Shown here piece after piece: positions 39,064-48,939 of a DNA stretch of 64,000 nt. The first letter of the stretch is position 1, and each line of letters begins with the position of its first letter. A program made the translations under genes and the position numbers. The notes under the pieces are model-generated. The model was not told the origin of the DNA, ran no database searches, and saw only the letters and a program-made list of their open reading frames with translations. Source of the DNA: an uncultured Clostridia bacterium (lineage in GTDB: Bacteria > Bacillota > Clostridia > Oscillospirales > Butyricicoccaceae); the NCBI GenBank assembly GCA_947856675.1, contig CANUCM010000067.1:8864-72863 (forward strand), given 5' to 3'.

Positions 39064-40590
39064 ATGGAGCTGCTCAAAAACACCGTAACCCAGTATACTC
39101 TTTTATCTGACTGCACTTACAGTCAGGAGGAAACGCTCGAGACCATTGTCCCGGATGTAAACCCTGATGTTCTGCGTATCATCTGCGCGTCTTCTGAGCT
39201 GTGCATCAAGGAACAAAGCGTGCAGACCGGAAAAGTCCGCATATCCGGAGAAGTGCATTCGCGAATTTTTTATACGGCCGAAGGCGACCCCTGCATCTGG
39301 CAGGTGGAAGGCAGCACACCGTTTTCCTGTACAGCAGACATTCCTCAGGCACTGCCGGACGACACACTGATTGTATCAGGAAACGCCGTGGGCGCCCAGG
39401 CTGTCATGCTGAACCCCCGAAAGCTGTCCGTCAAGACACAGTACTGTATCCGCATACAGCTTTACCGCTGCGAAACGCTTTCTTTTGTCAGCGGAGCAGA
39501 GTGCGACGGTGACGAGGATATTCACACGCAGGTCAGTACCATCACCCCGCTGTTTCTCGTCGGCATACCGCAGCGCCGGCTGGTCATCAATGAAGAAATC
39601 CGTCTGTCCGGAGGAGCTTCCGCGGCAGACAGGCTGTACCGGAGTGAAATTTCCTGGGTCACGGAAGACCTGAAAGTGCTGACAAACAAGATCATGATCC
39701 GGGGCAGCGTATGCGTCAAAGCCACGACGCTGGCCGGAAAAGACACCGGCCTTTCCCAGCACTCTTACAATCTTCCGTTTGCGCAGATTATTGAATCCGA
39801 CAATACCGATGTAGGAGATCTGGTGGACATCAGCTACCAGCTGCTGTGTGCCGATGTCCGGCTTGCCGCGGGCGCCGACGGTGCACCGGTCCTCCAGTGC
39901 TCCATCACCGCCTGTGCCCAGGCCTTTGTGCGCCGCCCCATTCCCATGCAGGTTCTTTCAGACCTTTACAGCACCGCCTTTGAAAGCGAAATGGAAACCG
40001 AAACCCTCTGTGTCTGCACGGGAATGCAGTCCCGGAACACCGCTGCGTCTTTTTCTGAAACGGTACAGACCGACTATCCTGCGGTGCGTGTCCATGACGT
40101 TGCCGTATGCTGCGAATGCCGCACGCCCTGCGCCGGGGACGAATCGCTGTCAGGCTGGATTTGTTTTCAGATTCTCTATGAAACGACAACCGGAGGTCTT
40201 TGCTGCATGAACCGTAAGATCTCTTTGGAAGCACAGGCGGATTTCTGCCTTGCCGCAGGAGCATCGGCGCAGCTGGAATGCACAGATCTTCAGACAGCCT
40301 GTACGGAAGAGGGCAGCCTGTGCCTTTCCGGCAAAGGGGTATTCCGCTGCTCGCTTCCCGAAGCCGACAGCTGCTGCCAGGTAAAATCCTTCCAGCTCAA
40401 CCGCCAGAACGTCAAGCAGCGCCCCCGCCGCGGCACCCTGATTCTCAGGGCGTACGGCAGCGGCGATACCGTCTGGCAGCTGGCCAAAAAATACGGAGCC
40501 TCTCCGGAAGCCATTCTTTCTGCCAACAAGGTTTCCTCTGAAAACGAGCTGGCTCCGGGCAAACTCATCATCATCCCTTTCAGCAGATAG
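39064..40590 (+). CDS. SipL/SpoVID-like spore-coat morphogenetic protein (DUF3794/SPOCS repeats with C-terminal LysM)
   Basis: 508 aa starting at ATG 39064 behind AGGAAGG. The C-terminal LysM domain is TLILRAYGSGDTVWQLAKKYGASPEAILSANKV...LAPGKLIIIP. The gene is adjacent to spoIVA. Confidence 0.65.
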   Translation: MELLKNTVTQYTLLSDCTYSQEETLETIVPDVNPDVLRIICASSELCIKEQSVQTGKVRISGEVHSRIFYTAEGDPCIWQVEGSTPFSCTADIPQALPDDTLIVSGNAVGAQAVMLNPRKLSVKTQYCIRIQLYRCETLSFVSGAECDGDEDIHTQVSTITPLFLVGIPQRRLVINEEIRLSGGASAADRLYRSEISWVTEDLKVLTNKIMIRGSVCVKATTLAGKDTGLSQHSYNLPFAQIIESDNTDVGDLVDISYQLLCADVRLAAGADGAPVLQCSITACAQAFVRRPIPMQVLSDLYSTAFESEMETETLCVCTGMQSRNTAASFSETVQTDYPAVRVHDVAVCCECRTPCAGDESLSGWICFQILYETTTGGLCCMNRKISLEAQADFCLAAGASAQLECTDLQTACTEEGSLCLSGKGVFRCSLPEADSCCQVKSFQLNRQNVKQRPRRGTLILRAYGSGDTVWQLAKKYGASPEAILSANKVSSENELAPGKLIIIPFSR

Positions 40591-40654
40591 CGGTTCTAAG
40601 GCCGAAGCCTGGCCATATAATTCTAACAAAAGTATTCCGCAGGGAGGAATGTGC

Positions 40655-42133
40655 ATGGAAAGCCACAGCATTTATGAATCAATTGCCACGCGTACAGGCG
40701 GCGATATTTATATCGGAGTGGTCGGGCCGGTCAGAACGGGAAAGTCGACCTTTATCAAAAGCTTTATGGAAAGCATGGTTTTGCCCAATATCAGCGATAT
40801 ATACCTGAAGGAACGGGCTCGGGATGAGCTGCCGCAAAGCGGATCCGGCAAAACCATTATGACGGCAGAACCCAAGTTCGTACCCGAAGAGGCGGTGGAA
40901 ATCTGCATCGAGGGAGAAGCACACTTCCGTGTGCGCATGATTGACTGTGTCGGGTACATGGTGCGCGGCGCTGTCGGACAATTTGAAGGCGACGTTCCCC
41001 GGATGGTCATGACTCCATGGTCCGACAGCGAAATGCCGCTGGCCAAAGCGGCTGAAATCGGAACCAGAAAGGTTATCACCGAACACTCGACCATCGGGCT
41101 CGTTGTCACAACCGACGGAAGCATCGGTGATATTCCGAGGGAAGATTACGCAGAAGCAGAGGAGCGCATCGTAAAGGAGCTTCAGGATATCAACAAACCA
41201 TTCTGCGTCCTGATAAACAGCATGAACCCGGGCGGGGAAGATGCGTCGAGGCTTTGTTCGGAACTGACTTCGCGCTACGGCGTGCCCTGCATGGCTTTCA
41301 ACTGCCTGTCACTGACGCCGGCGGACATTGAACAGATTCTGTCTGCCGTGCTGTATGAGTTCCCGGCCAAGGAGATCTGCTTTACCCTTCCCGAATGGGT
41401 CAGCGCGCTTCCCGACGACAATCCGCTGCGGGATGAGCTGTACAGCGAAGTGCTTGAAAAGGGCTCGCGTATTCAAAAAATGCGCGACGCCAAAACAGCC
41501 ATCGCCGCCCTGGGCGAGTGCGATAAAATTGAACGTGCCGCCGTGACAGACATCCGCCTGGGCGAAGGTATCATCACCGCCTGCGTTGACGTTCCTTCCA
41601 AACTGTTCTATGAGATCTTGTCACGGCAGGCGGGAATAGAAATTGCCGGGGAAGCGGAACTGATGGGCATGCTGTGCGAGATGGCAAACATCCGCCGCGA
41701 ATACATGCGTCTGGAAGGCGCACTGGCACAGGTCCGGCAAACCGGATACGGAATCGTTATGCCCAGTGTGTCCGAAATGAAGCTGGCAGAGCCCGAAATT
41801 GTCAAACAGGGCGGCAAGTACGGCGTAAAGCTGCGGGCCAGCGCCCCATCCATCCATATGATCCGTGCGGATATCGAAACCTGCCTTTCGCCGCTGGTCG
41901 GAAGCGAACAGCAGTCAGAGGAGCTCGTCAAATATCTTTTGTCTGGCTTTGAAGATTCTCCGGAAAAGATCTGGGAAAGCAATATTTTCGGAAAATCCTT
42001 AAGCGAACTTGTCAACGAAGGACTGAACAGCAAACTGTACCGCATGCCCGACGAAGCCCGGGCAAAGCTGCAGGAAACGTTGGAGCGCATCATCAACGAA
42101 GGCAGCGGCGGCTTAATCTGTATTATTCTGTAA
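40655..42133 (+). CDS. spoIVA: stage IV sporulation protein A
   Basis: 492 aa starting at ATG 40655, 7 nt after AGGGAGG. The N-terminus IYESIATRTGGDIYIGVVGPVRTGKSTFIK includes the Walker A motif. The C-terminus is GGLICIIL. Confidence 0.93.
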   Translation: MESHSIYESIATRTGGDIYIGVVGPVRTGKSTFIKSFMESMVLPNISDIYLKERARDELPQSGSGKTIMTAEPKFVPEEAVEICIEGEAHFRVRMIDCVGYMVRGAVGQFEGDVPRMVMTPWSDSEMPLAKAAEIGTRKVITEHSTIGLVVTTDGSIGDIPREDYAEAEERIVKELQDINKPFCVLINSMNPGGEDASRLCSELTSRYGVPCMAFNCLSLTPADIEQILSAVLYEFPAKEICFTLPEWVSALPDDNPLRDELYSEVLEKGSRIQKMRDAKTAIAALGECDKIERAAVTDIRLGEGIITACVDVPSKLFYEILSRQAGIEIAGEAELMGMLCEMANIRREYMRLEGALAQVRQTGYGIVMPSVSEMKLAEPEIVKQGGKYGVKLRASAPSIHMIRADIETCLSPLVGSEQQSEELVKYLLSGFEDSPEKIWESNIFGKSLSELVNEGLNSKLYRMPDEARAKLQETLERIINEGSGGLICIIL

Positions 42134-42145
42134 ACAGCTCTGCGG

Positions 42146-42175
42146 GAAAAGCCCGGAAACACCGGGCTTTTCTTT
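42146..42175 (+). terminator. spoIVA terminator
   Basis: 11-bp stem gaaaagcccgg / ccgggcttttc followed by a T-rich tail. Confidence 0.75.
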
Positions 42176-42212
42176 CACCGGCTGTCCGTCTTGGATAGAA
42201 AAGAGGAGTGGA

Positions 42213-43229
42213 ATGAACCCCAAAAAACGAATCAGAGCCCGCTCTTCCGCATACCGACGCGCGCGGCATGCCGCAGCACGCCGCAGAAATGCCGCAGCCC
42301 CGGGCATATCCCGTGCCTTTGTTGTATTTGCCGTGCTGTTTCTGGCCCTGGGACTCAGGCTGACGAGCGGCGGACGTTTTGAAATTCTGAAAAACGGAAT
42401 GTCGGATGTTCTAAACGACGGGGGAAACGTAAAAGATGCCGTTGCCGTGCTGGGGCAGGCGATTATCGGAGCCGACGAAGACAGCAGCCGGGATCAAAGC
42501 GCCATTGTCACTTTCGGGAAAAAGCTGCTGGGCCTTGAAGACGATTCCGGGCCGGCAAACAGCCCTGACGGGGAAGAAATAACCGACGCGGTTTCTGCCG
42601 ACACAAATGTATTTGTGGAAATTGCGCCGGAAACATCGGCCTCCCGCAGCGCCGCTGCGCCCTTGTCCGATCGTCTGGTGCTTCCCGCCGTTGCCGAAAG
42701 CCCGGCGCCTGAGACCATTACAGCGCAAAACCTGCGCTGGGATTTGCCGGAAGAAGAAACCGAGGATACCACCCCGAATGTCGCATTTGAAATTCCAAAC
42801 CCCGACAAGGTCGACGACACAAAATATGAGCTGCCCTTTGCTTATCAGCGTCCTTTAAGCAGCGCCCGCATCACATCGGGGTTTGGCTACCGGATCCACC
42901 CCATCCACGGCAACACAACCTTCCATTACGGCGTTGATCTGGCGGCGGCATCCGGCACCCCGGTGTATGCGTTTGCCGGAGGTACGGTGGAGGAAACCGG
43001 GTACAACTCGGTTTACGGAAACTATGTACTTCTTTCCCATCCGGATGGTTTCGCCTCGTTTTACGGGCATTTAAGCAAAGTGTATGTAAAAAACGGCGCT
43101 GACGTGTCCTGCGGGCAGAAAATTGCCGCAGTGGGAAGCACCGGCTGGTCCACCGGCCCGCACCTTCACTTTGAAGTCCGGAAAAACGGAAAAATCCTCA
43201 ATCCGCTGGATTACCTGAGCTTTGAATAA
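42213..43229 (+). CDS. membrane-anchored M23 (LytM-domain) peptidase
   Basis: 338 aa with a basic N-terminus and a TM helix. The C-terminal M23 domain keeps its metal ligands (HYGVD, HLHFE). Confidence 0.85.
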   Translation: MNPKKRIRARSSAYRRARHAAARRRNAAAPGISRAFVVFAVLFLALGLRLTSGGRFEILKNGMSDVLNDGGNVKDAVAVLGQAIIGADEDSSRDQSAIVTFGKKLLGLEDDSGPANSPDGEEITDAVSADTNVFVEIAPETSASRSAAAPLSDRLVLPAVAESPAPETITAQNLRWDLPEEETEDTTPNVAFEIPNPDKVDDTKYELPFAYQRPLSSARITSGFGYRIHPIHGNTTFHYGVDLAAASGTPVYAFAGGTVEETGYNSVYGNYVLLSHPDGFASFYGHLSKVYVKNGADVSCGQKIAAVGSTGWSTGPHLHFEVRKNGKILNPLDYLSFE

Positions 43230-43233
43230 ACCG

Positions 43234-43857
43234 ATGAAAAAAATCCATGTTACATATCCGCTTCTGGCTGTGGCCGCCATTGCGCTGGCCTTTGACCAAA
43301 GCGGATGGATCCTTTTGTTTCTTGCGGCGGCTGGTGTGCATGAGCTTGGCCACCTGGCCGCCATTCTTTTGTCCGGAGGCAAAATCCGGACACTGACCGC
43401 CGGGATTCGCGGCATGCAAATTACCTACGACGCTCTGCGGCCGACTTCGTACGCGGCGGATGCTGCGGCAGCGCTGTCAGGGCCTGCGGCCAGCTTTGCC
43501 GCAGCAGGGCTGACCGCAGCATTTGCCGGTGCAGGCGCAGGCACGGATCTGGCCTATTTTTGCGGCGTTAATCTCATTCTGGGCGTTTTCAACCTGATTC
43601 CGGCCGCCCCTCTGGACGGCGGACGTGCGCTCAGGGCTCTTTTGCTTGCGGTTTTGGGCCCCGGCTCCGGAGAGCGGATTGCCGATCGCGTTTCATTGAT
43701 TGCAAGCTGCGCGCTGTGCGCCGCCGGTGCCGGGCTTTTATGCTTTACCCGCTGCAATGCGTCCCTGTTGTTTGCCGGACTTTTGACACTCAGCTCTGTC
43801 AGCTTGCCCGGCGGCAGGTCAAAACGCCGCATTCCGCCTTCTCCCGCACGAAAATAA
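43234..43857 (+). CDS. M50-family site-2 metalloprotease (SpoIVFB-like, short form)
   Basis: HELGH and NLIPAAPLDGG motifs in a polytopic membrane protein. The product is 207 aa from ATG 43234, with TTG 43222 as an alternative. No C-terminal CBS domain is evident. Confidence 0.75.
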   Translation: MKKIHVTYPLLAVAAIALAFDQSGWILLFLAAAGVHELGHLAAILLSGGKIRTLTAGIRGMQITYDALRPTSYAADAAAALSGPAASFAAAGLTAAFAGAGAGTDLAYFCGVNLILGVFNLIPAAPLDGGRALRALLLAVLGPGSGERIADRVSLIASCALCAAGAGLLCFTRCNASLLFAGLLTLSSVSLPGGRSKRRIPPSPARK

Positions 43858-43924
43858 TCTTTTTCTTTACATCCGCCTGCATGTGGGATATGATTATTCA
43901 TGTATCAAATGCACGGGAGGAACC

Positions 43925-45757
43925 ATGAATAATCAGCTTGCCGCGTGTCTTGAACACGTCAAAAAGCCGTCGCGCTATACGGGCGGCGAATACGGCTCCA
44001 TTGTGAAGGACAAGCAGGCGGTCGATGTCCGCTTTGCGTTTTGTTTTCCGGAGCTTTACGAAATCGGAATGTCACATTTGGGCTCAAAAATCCTGTATGG
44101 ATTGCTCAACTCCATGGACGGCGTATGGTGTGAGCGCGTATATGCCCCGTATGTGGATATGGAGCGCGAAATGCGCGCCCGCGGCGTCCCGCTGTACGCG
44201 CTGGAGAGCGGGGACGCGCTGTCGTCTTTTGATATTCTCGGCTTTACGCTGCAGTATGAGCTCAATTATACGGCCGTGCTCAATATGCTTGACATGGCCG
44301 GGATCCCGTTTTACTCCTCGCAGAGGCCCGAACTGACTCCGCTGATCATCGCAGGTGGCCCCTGCGTGTATAACTGCGAGCCGGTTGCCGATTTCTTCGA
44401 TATTGTTGTAATCGGCGAAGGGGAGGAGGTACTGCCTGAGCTGATCGCCCTGTACCGCGCAGCGCGCAGCGCGGGTCTTTCCAAAAAGGATTTTCTTCGC
44501 CGGGCCGCCGGAATACAGGGGCTGTACGTGCCATCCATGTATGAAGTTTCCTACCACACAGACGGCACAATCGCAGCCGTTGCCCCCACCGGCGGTGCAC
44601 CGGCTGTTGTCCGTAAGCGGGTGATTGCGGACTTTGACAAGGCATATTATCCCGAAAGCTTTATCGTCCCCTCCACCGAAATCGTATTTGATCGGGCGAT
44701 GGTCGAGCTGTTCCGCGGCTGCCGTCGCGGCTGCCGGTTCTGCCAGGCCGGATACACATACCGCCCCATCCGGGCAAAACGCCCGGAAACTCTGGAAAAA
44801 CAGGCCCGGGCACTGGTGGATAACACCGGATATGACGAGGTTTCGCTGACTTCGCTCAGCTCAAGCGACTACGCGCACCTTGAAACCCTGTGCGAAAGCC
44901 TGGTTTCTGACTTTGAACCGCGGCACATCAATCTGGCACTGCCTTCTCTGCGCGCCGACAGCTTTAATTTAAACCTTATGGAAAATATCCAAAAGGTTCG
45001 CAAAAGCGGCCTGACCTTCGCGCCCGAAGCCGGAACCCAGCGCCTGCGCGATGTCATCAACAAAAACCTGCGCGAAGAAGATCTCCAAAACGCCTGCCGC
45101 GTTGCCTTTCAGGCCGGATACAACGGTGTCAAACTGTACTTCATGATGGGCCTTCCCAGTGAAACCGATGAAGATTTGCTCGGAATTGCCTCCATCGCGC
45201 GCAATGTCCTTCAGACCTTCCGTGAAAACGCGCGCAACCGCGCCCGGGGTGTGCGAATTTCCATTGGCGTGTCCACTTTTGTTCCCAAGGCGCAAACCCC
45301 GTTCCAGTGGTGCGGGCAGATAGCACAGGAGGAGATTGTGCGCCGCCAGCAGCTTCTGATGGATGCGCTGAAAATCAAAAATGTCACATACAGCCTGCAT
45401 GGCTGGAAAGCCAGCTTTCTTGAAGCAGTGCTTGCCCGCGGCAGCCGCCGGCTGGCTCCCGTCATTGAAGGTGCATGGCGCCGCGGAAGCCGCCTGGACG
45501 GATGGGACGAATGCTTTGATTTGGACCATTGGACGCAGGCCTTTGCAGAGTGCGGTGTAGATCCTGCGTTTTATGCCAACCGAACCATGGGAAAAGAAGA
45601 AATTATGCCCTGGGACCACATCTTTTCCGGCGTGACCAAAGGGTATCTGCGCCGCGAATATGACCGCTCTCTGCAGGGGCTTCCGACGCCCGACTGCCGC
45701 ATCAGCTGCGGCGGCTGCGGCGCGCTTTCACTGACGGGAGGGAAGTGCGATGTATAA
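43925..45757 (+). CDS. B12-binding-domain radical SAM protein (TIGR03960-like)
   Basis: ATG 43925 lies behind GGGAGG. A CxxxCxxC motif (CRRGCRFCQAG) is present. It is followed by its usual DUF2344 partner. Confidence 0.8.
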   Translation: MNNQLAACLEHVKKPSRYTGGEYGSIVKDKQAVDVRFAFCFPELYEIGMSHLGSKILYGLLNSMDGVWCERVYAPYVDMEREMRARGVPLYALESGDALSSFDILGFTLQYELNYTAVLNMLDMAGIPFYSSQRPELTPLIIAGGPCVYNCEPVADFFDIVVIGEGEEVLPELIALYRAARSAGLSKKDFLRRAAGIQGLYVPSMYEVSYHTDGTIAAVAPTGGAPAVVRKRVIADFDKAYYPESFIVPSTEIVFDRAMVELFRGCRRGCRFCQAGYTYRPIRAKRPETLEKQARALVDNTGYDEVSLTSLSSSDYAHLETLCESLVSDFEPRHINLALPSLRADSFNLNLMENIQKVRKSGLTFAPEAGTQRLRDVINKNLREEDLQNACRVAFQAGYNGVKLYFMMGLPSETDEDLLGIASIARNVLQTFRENARNRARGVRISIGVSTFVPKAQTPFQWCGQIAQEEIVRRQQLLMDALKIKNVTYSLHGWKASFLEAVLARGSRRLAPVIEGAWRRGSRLDGWDECFDLDHWTQAFAECGVDPAFYANRTMGKEEIMPWDHIFSGVTKGYLRREYDRSLQGLPTPDCRISCGGCGALSLTGGKCDV

Positions 45758-46391
45758 AGTCCGGCTGCTGTTTGAAAAGCTTGAACCCGCCTGCTATACT
45801 TCGCACCTGGATCTGATGAAGGCCCTGCAGCGTTCCCTGCGCCGCGCGGGCCTGCCCGTCCGGTATTCCGAAGGCTTTAACCCGCACATTGTTTTGTCCA
45901 TTCTCATCCCGCTTTCCACAGGATACCGCAGCGTGTGCGAGCTTTGCGACTTTGAACTGACCTGTGATGACATGCCTCCGGATCTGGTGCCGCGGCTGAA
46001 CCGCGTTTTCCCGCTCGGACTTCGCGCCATCCATGCCGGCCCGGCCGTGCGTCCGGTTTCGCAGGCGGCTGCATGTGAATATGAGATCCGCTGGCACGGT
46101 GTGTGCTGCGCACAGCAGGTTCTTACCGCCCTTTCCGATGCCCTTTGTGTGGAAAAGCGCTCCAAGCGCGGCAGCAAACAGGTCGACGTGCGCAGCTATT
46201 TAAAGAGCTTTGACGCAGCCGACAGGGAAGGGGACACCATATGCCGGTGCGTCGTCCAGGCCGGTGAGGATCCGTTAAACCCCGCCTACCTGACTCTCGC
46301 ATTGACGCAGAGTGCCGTATTGCCCCAGGATGTGGCCACTACCTATACAAGATGCGCTATTTTGGATGCAAACGGAAAAGAATTTTTCTGA
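45750..46391 (+). CDS. radical-SAM-associated protein (DUF2344/TIGR03936-like)
   Basis: 213 aa. It overlaps the upstream radical SAM gene by 8 nt. The N-terminus FEKLEPACYTSHLDLMKALQRSLRRAGLPV is typical of the family. Confidence 0.7.
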   Translation: MYKVRLLFEKLEPACYTSHLDLMKALQRSLRRAGLPVRYSEGFNPHIVLSILIPLSTGYRSVCELCDFELTCDDMPPDLVPRLNRVFPLGLRAIHAGPAVRPVSQAAACEYEIRWHGVCCAQQVLTALSDALCVEKRSKRGSKQVDVRSYLKSFDAADREGDTICRCVVQAGEDPLNPAYLTLALTQSAVLPQDVATTYTRCAILDANGKEFF

Positions 46392-46396
46392 AAGTG

Positions 46397-46425
46397 TTGC
46401 AATCAAACTGGAAGTGTGATATTAT
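46397..46425 (+). promoter_or_regulatory. sigma-A-type promoter of rplS
   Basis: TTGCAA (46397-46402), 17-nt spacer, TATTAT (46420-46425). It would give a leader of about 70 nt before rplS. Confidence 0.5.
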
Positions 46426-46500
46426 AATTGGGCATGTATTACGGGTGATCCTCTGCCGTTGTCAGGGCACGAACACCTTGAAGGAAAGGAAATCTGTTGT

Positions 46501-46842
46501 ATGGATCTCATCAAAAGACTGACAGAGCCTCAGCTCAAAGAAAATGCCGTCAACTTTGGCATCGGCGACACCGTTCGCGTCCACGCCAAAATCAAAGAGG
46601 GCAACCGTGAAAGAATCCAGGTTTTTGAGGGCACCGTCATTGCTCAGAAGCACGGCGGTATCCAGGAAACCGTCACCGTTCGCCGCGTGTCTTATGGCGT
46701 AGGCGTCGAAAAGACTTTCCCCGTACATTCCCCCAACATCGAGAAGTTCGAAGTTGTGCGCAAGGGCAAAGTCAGACGCGCCAAGCTTTATTATCTGCGT
46801 GGCAGAGTCGGTAAGGCCGCCAAAGTCAAACAGGATATCTAA
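46501..46842 (+). CDS. rplS: 50S ribosomal protein L19
   Basis: 113 aa starting at ATG 46501. [22 protein letters not shown] matches the L19 pattern. Confidence 0.95.
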   Translation: MDLIKRLTEPQLKENAVNFGIGDTVRVHAKIKEGNRERIQVFEGTVIAQKHGGIQETVTVRRVSYGVGVEKTFPVHSPNIEKFEVVRKGKVRRAKLYYLRGRVGKAAKVKQDI

Positions 46843-46853
46843 AGCGCGCACAA

Positions 46854-46883
46854 GAGGGACGGAGCACCGTCCCTTTTATTTTT
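46854..46883 (+). terminator. rplS terminator
   Basis: Stem agggacgg / ccgtccct with a 4-nt loop and a T-rich tail. Confidence 0.75.
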
Positions 46884-46903
46884 CAAAAAAAGGCTGTGAT
46901 CTT

Positions 46904-47482
46904 ATGGAAGAAAACATTGGCAGCAGCCCCAAACCGTCTGGCAAAAAAGAAAAGCCTTCTGCGGTTTTTGACCTGTTCTACTGGGCTGAAGCGCTGGTTT
47001 TTGCCCTGACTTTTCTCGTGATATTGTCGACGTTTTTTGTCCGCTTTTCCGGTGTCGACGGCAGTTCCATGCTGCCCACGCTGGTGCACCGTGACCAGGT
47101 TCTGGTCCAGATTGCCGGTTATGGCGATCCGCAGCCCGGAGATATCGTGGTTGTGTACGCACCGTACTATGAGGACGAGCCCCTGGTCAAGCGCGTTATC
47201 GCCGTCGGCGGCGACGTGGTTGACATAAACCCAGACAGCGGCGCGGTCAGCGTAAACGGGCAGGAGCTGTATGAACCGTATATCGCCGAAGCCATCCGGG
47301 ATCCCGGGAGCGTTTCCTATCCGTACACGGTACCGGAGGGCCATGTGTTTGTCATGGGCGACAACCGCAACCACAGTACAGACAGCCGTGCGCAGCAAGT
47401 CGGCGCACTTCCTTATGAAAATATTATCGGACGGGTCTTTTTCCGCATATTCCCGCTGAGCAGAATAGGTGGGCTGCAATGA
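46904..47482 (+). CDS. lepB: signal peptidase I
   Basis: 192 aa starting at ATG 46904, with GSSMLPTL (catalytic Ser), KRVIAVGGD and GDNRNHSTDSR motifs. Confidence 0.9.
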   Translation: MEENIGSSPKPSGKKEKPSAVFDLFYWAEALVFALTFLVILSTFFVRFSGVDGSSMLPTLVHRDQVLVQIAGYGDPQPGDIVVVYAPYYEDEPLVKRVIAVGGDVVDINPDSGAVSVNGQELYEPYIAEAIRDPGSVSYPYTVPEGHVFVMGDNRNHSTDSRAQQVGALPYENIIGRVFFRIFPLSRIGGLQ

Positions 47483-48330
47483 GCATCAACTGGTATCCGG
47501 GCCACATGGCGCGCACCCGGCGGCTGATGGCCGAAGATCTTAAAAATATTGACGCCGTTTGCGAAATCGCTGACGCCCGCATACCGTTCAGCAGCCGCAA
47601 CCCGGAGCTGGACCGGCTGGCGCGCGGCAAACGCAGGCTGTTGGTTCTCAATCGTGCCGATCAGGCCGATCCTTCCAAAACTGCCCGCTGGATTGCCTTT
47701 TATAAGTCACGCAATCTTGCCGTCATGGCCGCCGACAGCAAAAAAGGCGGCTTTCTTCCGGAGTTCACAGCGGCGGTGCACTCGGTGTGCTCCGACCTGA
47801 TAGAACGCAACCAGGCAAAAGGCCAGGTGGGGAAAACCATTCGCCTGATGATTGTCGGCATCCCCAACGTGGGAAAATCATCGTTTATCAACCGGCTTTT
47901 GGGCCGAAAATCCGCCATCGCAGAAGATCGGCCCGGTGTTACACGCAGAAACCAATGGTACACTTTGCCCGGCGGCTTTGATTTTATGGATACACCGGGC
48001 ATGCTTTGGCCGAAAATCGAGGATGAACGCACAGGTTACCGCCTCGCTTTTACCGGTACAATCCGCGATGAGATTCTGGACCTCGAGGATCTTGCCTGCC
48101 GCCTTTTGGTCACCCTGGCGCAACAGGCCCCCGGTGCGGTAACGGCACGCTACGGCATCTGCCCGGACATATCCGAACCTTACAACGGCTTGTGCGCACT
48201 GGCCAGAAAACGCGGCTTTGTTGTCAGCGGCGGGGAAGTGGATACAGAACGCATGGCCCGCGTGCTTCTGGATGAGTTCCGCAGTGGAAAACTGGGGCGC
48301 ATCACGCTGGAAGACCCCTCGGAGTTTTAG
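47479..48330 (+). CDS. rbgA: ribosome biogenesis GTPase A (YlqF)
   Basis: 283 aa. The N-terminus INWYPGHMA, the circularly permuted G motifs (NRAD, GIPNVGKSS, DTPG) and rplS-ylqF-rnhB synteny support the call. Confidence 0.9.
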   Translation: MSINWYPGHMARTRRLMAEDLKNIDAVCEIADARIPFSSRNPELDRLARGKRRLLVLNRADQADPSKTARWIAFYKSRNLAVMAADSKKGGFLPEFTAAVHSVCSDLIERNQAKGQVGKTIRLMIVGIPNVGKSSFINRLLGRKSAIAEDRPGVTRRNQWYTLPGGFDFMDTPGMLWPKIEDERTGYRLAFTGTIRDEILDLEDLACRLLVTLAQQAPGAVTARYGICPDISEPYNGLCALARKRGFVVSGGEVDTERMARVLLDEFRSGKLGRITLEDPSEF

Positions 48331-48333
48331 CCC

Positions 48334-48939
48334 GTGTACCGGTTTGAACAGGAGCTTTGGGCTCAGGGATCTCTTTTCGTGTGCGGCGTAGACGAAGCCG
48401 GGCGCGGCCCGCTGGCAGGTCCTGTGACCGCCGCGGCTGTCATTTTAAACCCCGACCGCTGTATTGACGGGCTGAATGACTCCAAGAAGCTGTCTGAAAA
48501 AAAGAGAGAAGCGCTGTTTGACCTCATTCAGCAATTCAGCACCGCATGGGGCGTCGGTTGGGCCAGCCCCGGGGAAATCGATGAATACAATATTCTCAAC
48601 GCCACTTTTCTTGCAATGAAAAGAGCTGTAAAGCAATTAAGCATTACACCAAGCGTCGTGCTGGTTGACGGAAACCAGGACCCCGGTCTTGGCCTTCATA
48701 CCACCTGCATTGTCGGCGGTGACGGAAAAAGCGCCAGCATTGCGGCAGCATCCATTCTGGCCAAGGTGTCCAGAGATCGACTGATGTGTCAGCTGGCGCA
48801 GAAATACCCGCAATATGGGTTTGAAGTTCACAAGGGATATCCGACCAAAGCGCACCGTGAAGCCGTTTTGCGCTGGGGACCCTGCGAAATCCACCGGCGC
48901 AGCTTTTTGAAAAAATTATTGGGTGAGAATGCTCTATGA
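48334..48939 (+). CDS. rnhB: ribonuclease HII
   Basis: 201 aa with a GTG start and [20 protein letters not shown] motifs. Confidence 0.9.
   Translation: MYRFEQELWAQGSLFVCGVDEAGRGPLAGPVTAAAVILNPDRCIDGLNDSKKLSEKKREALFDLIQQFSTAWGVGWASPGEIDEYNILNATFLAMKRAVKQLSITPSVVLVDGNQDPGLGLHTTCIVGGDGKSASIAAASILAKVSRDRLMCQLAQKYPQYGFEVHKGYPTKAHREAVLRWGPCEIHRRSFLKKLLGENAL

Noticed and set aside
46432-46500. Possible L19 (rplS) autoregulatory leader structure
   Set aside because: I could find only short, weak helices (ggtg...cacc and a 5-bp inner stem). I cannot match them to the known L19 leader by eye, so I left this as a promoter call only.
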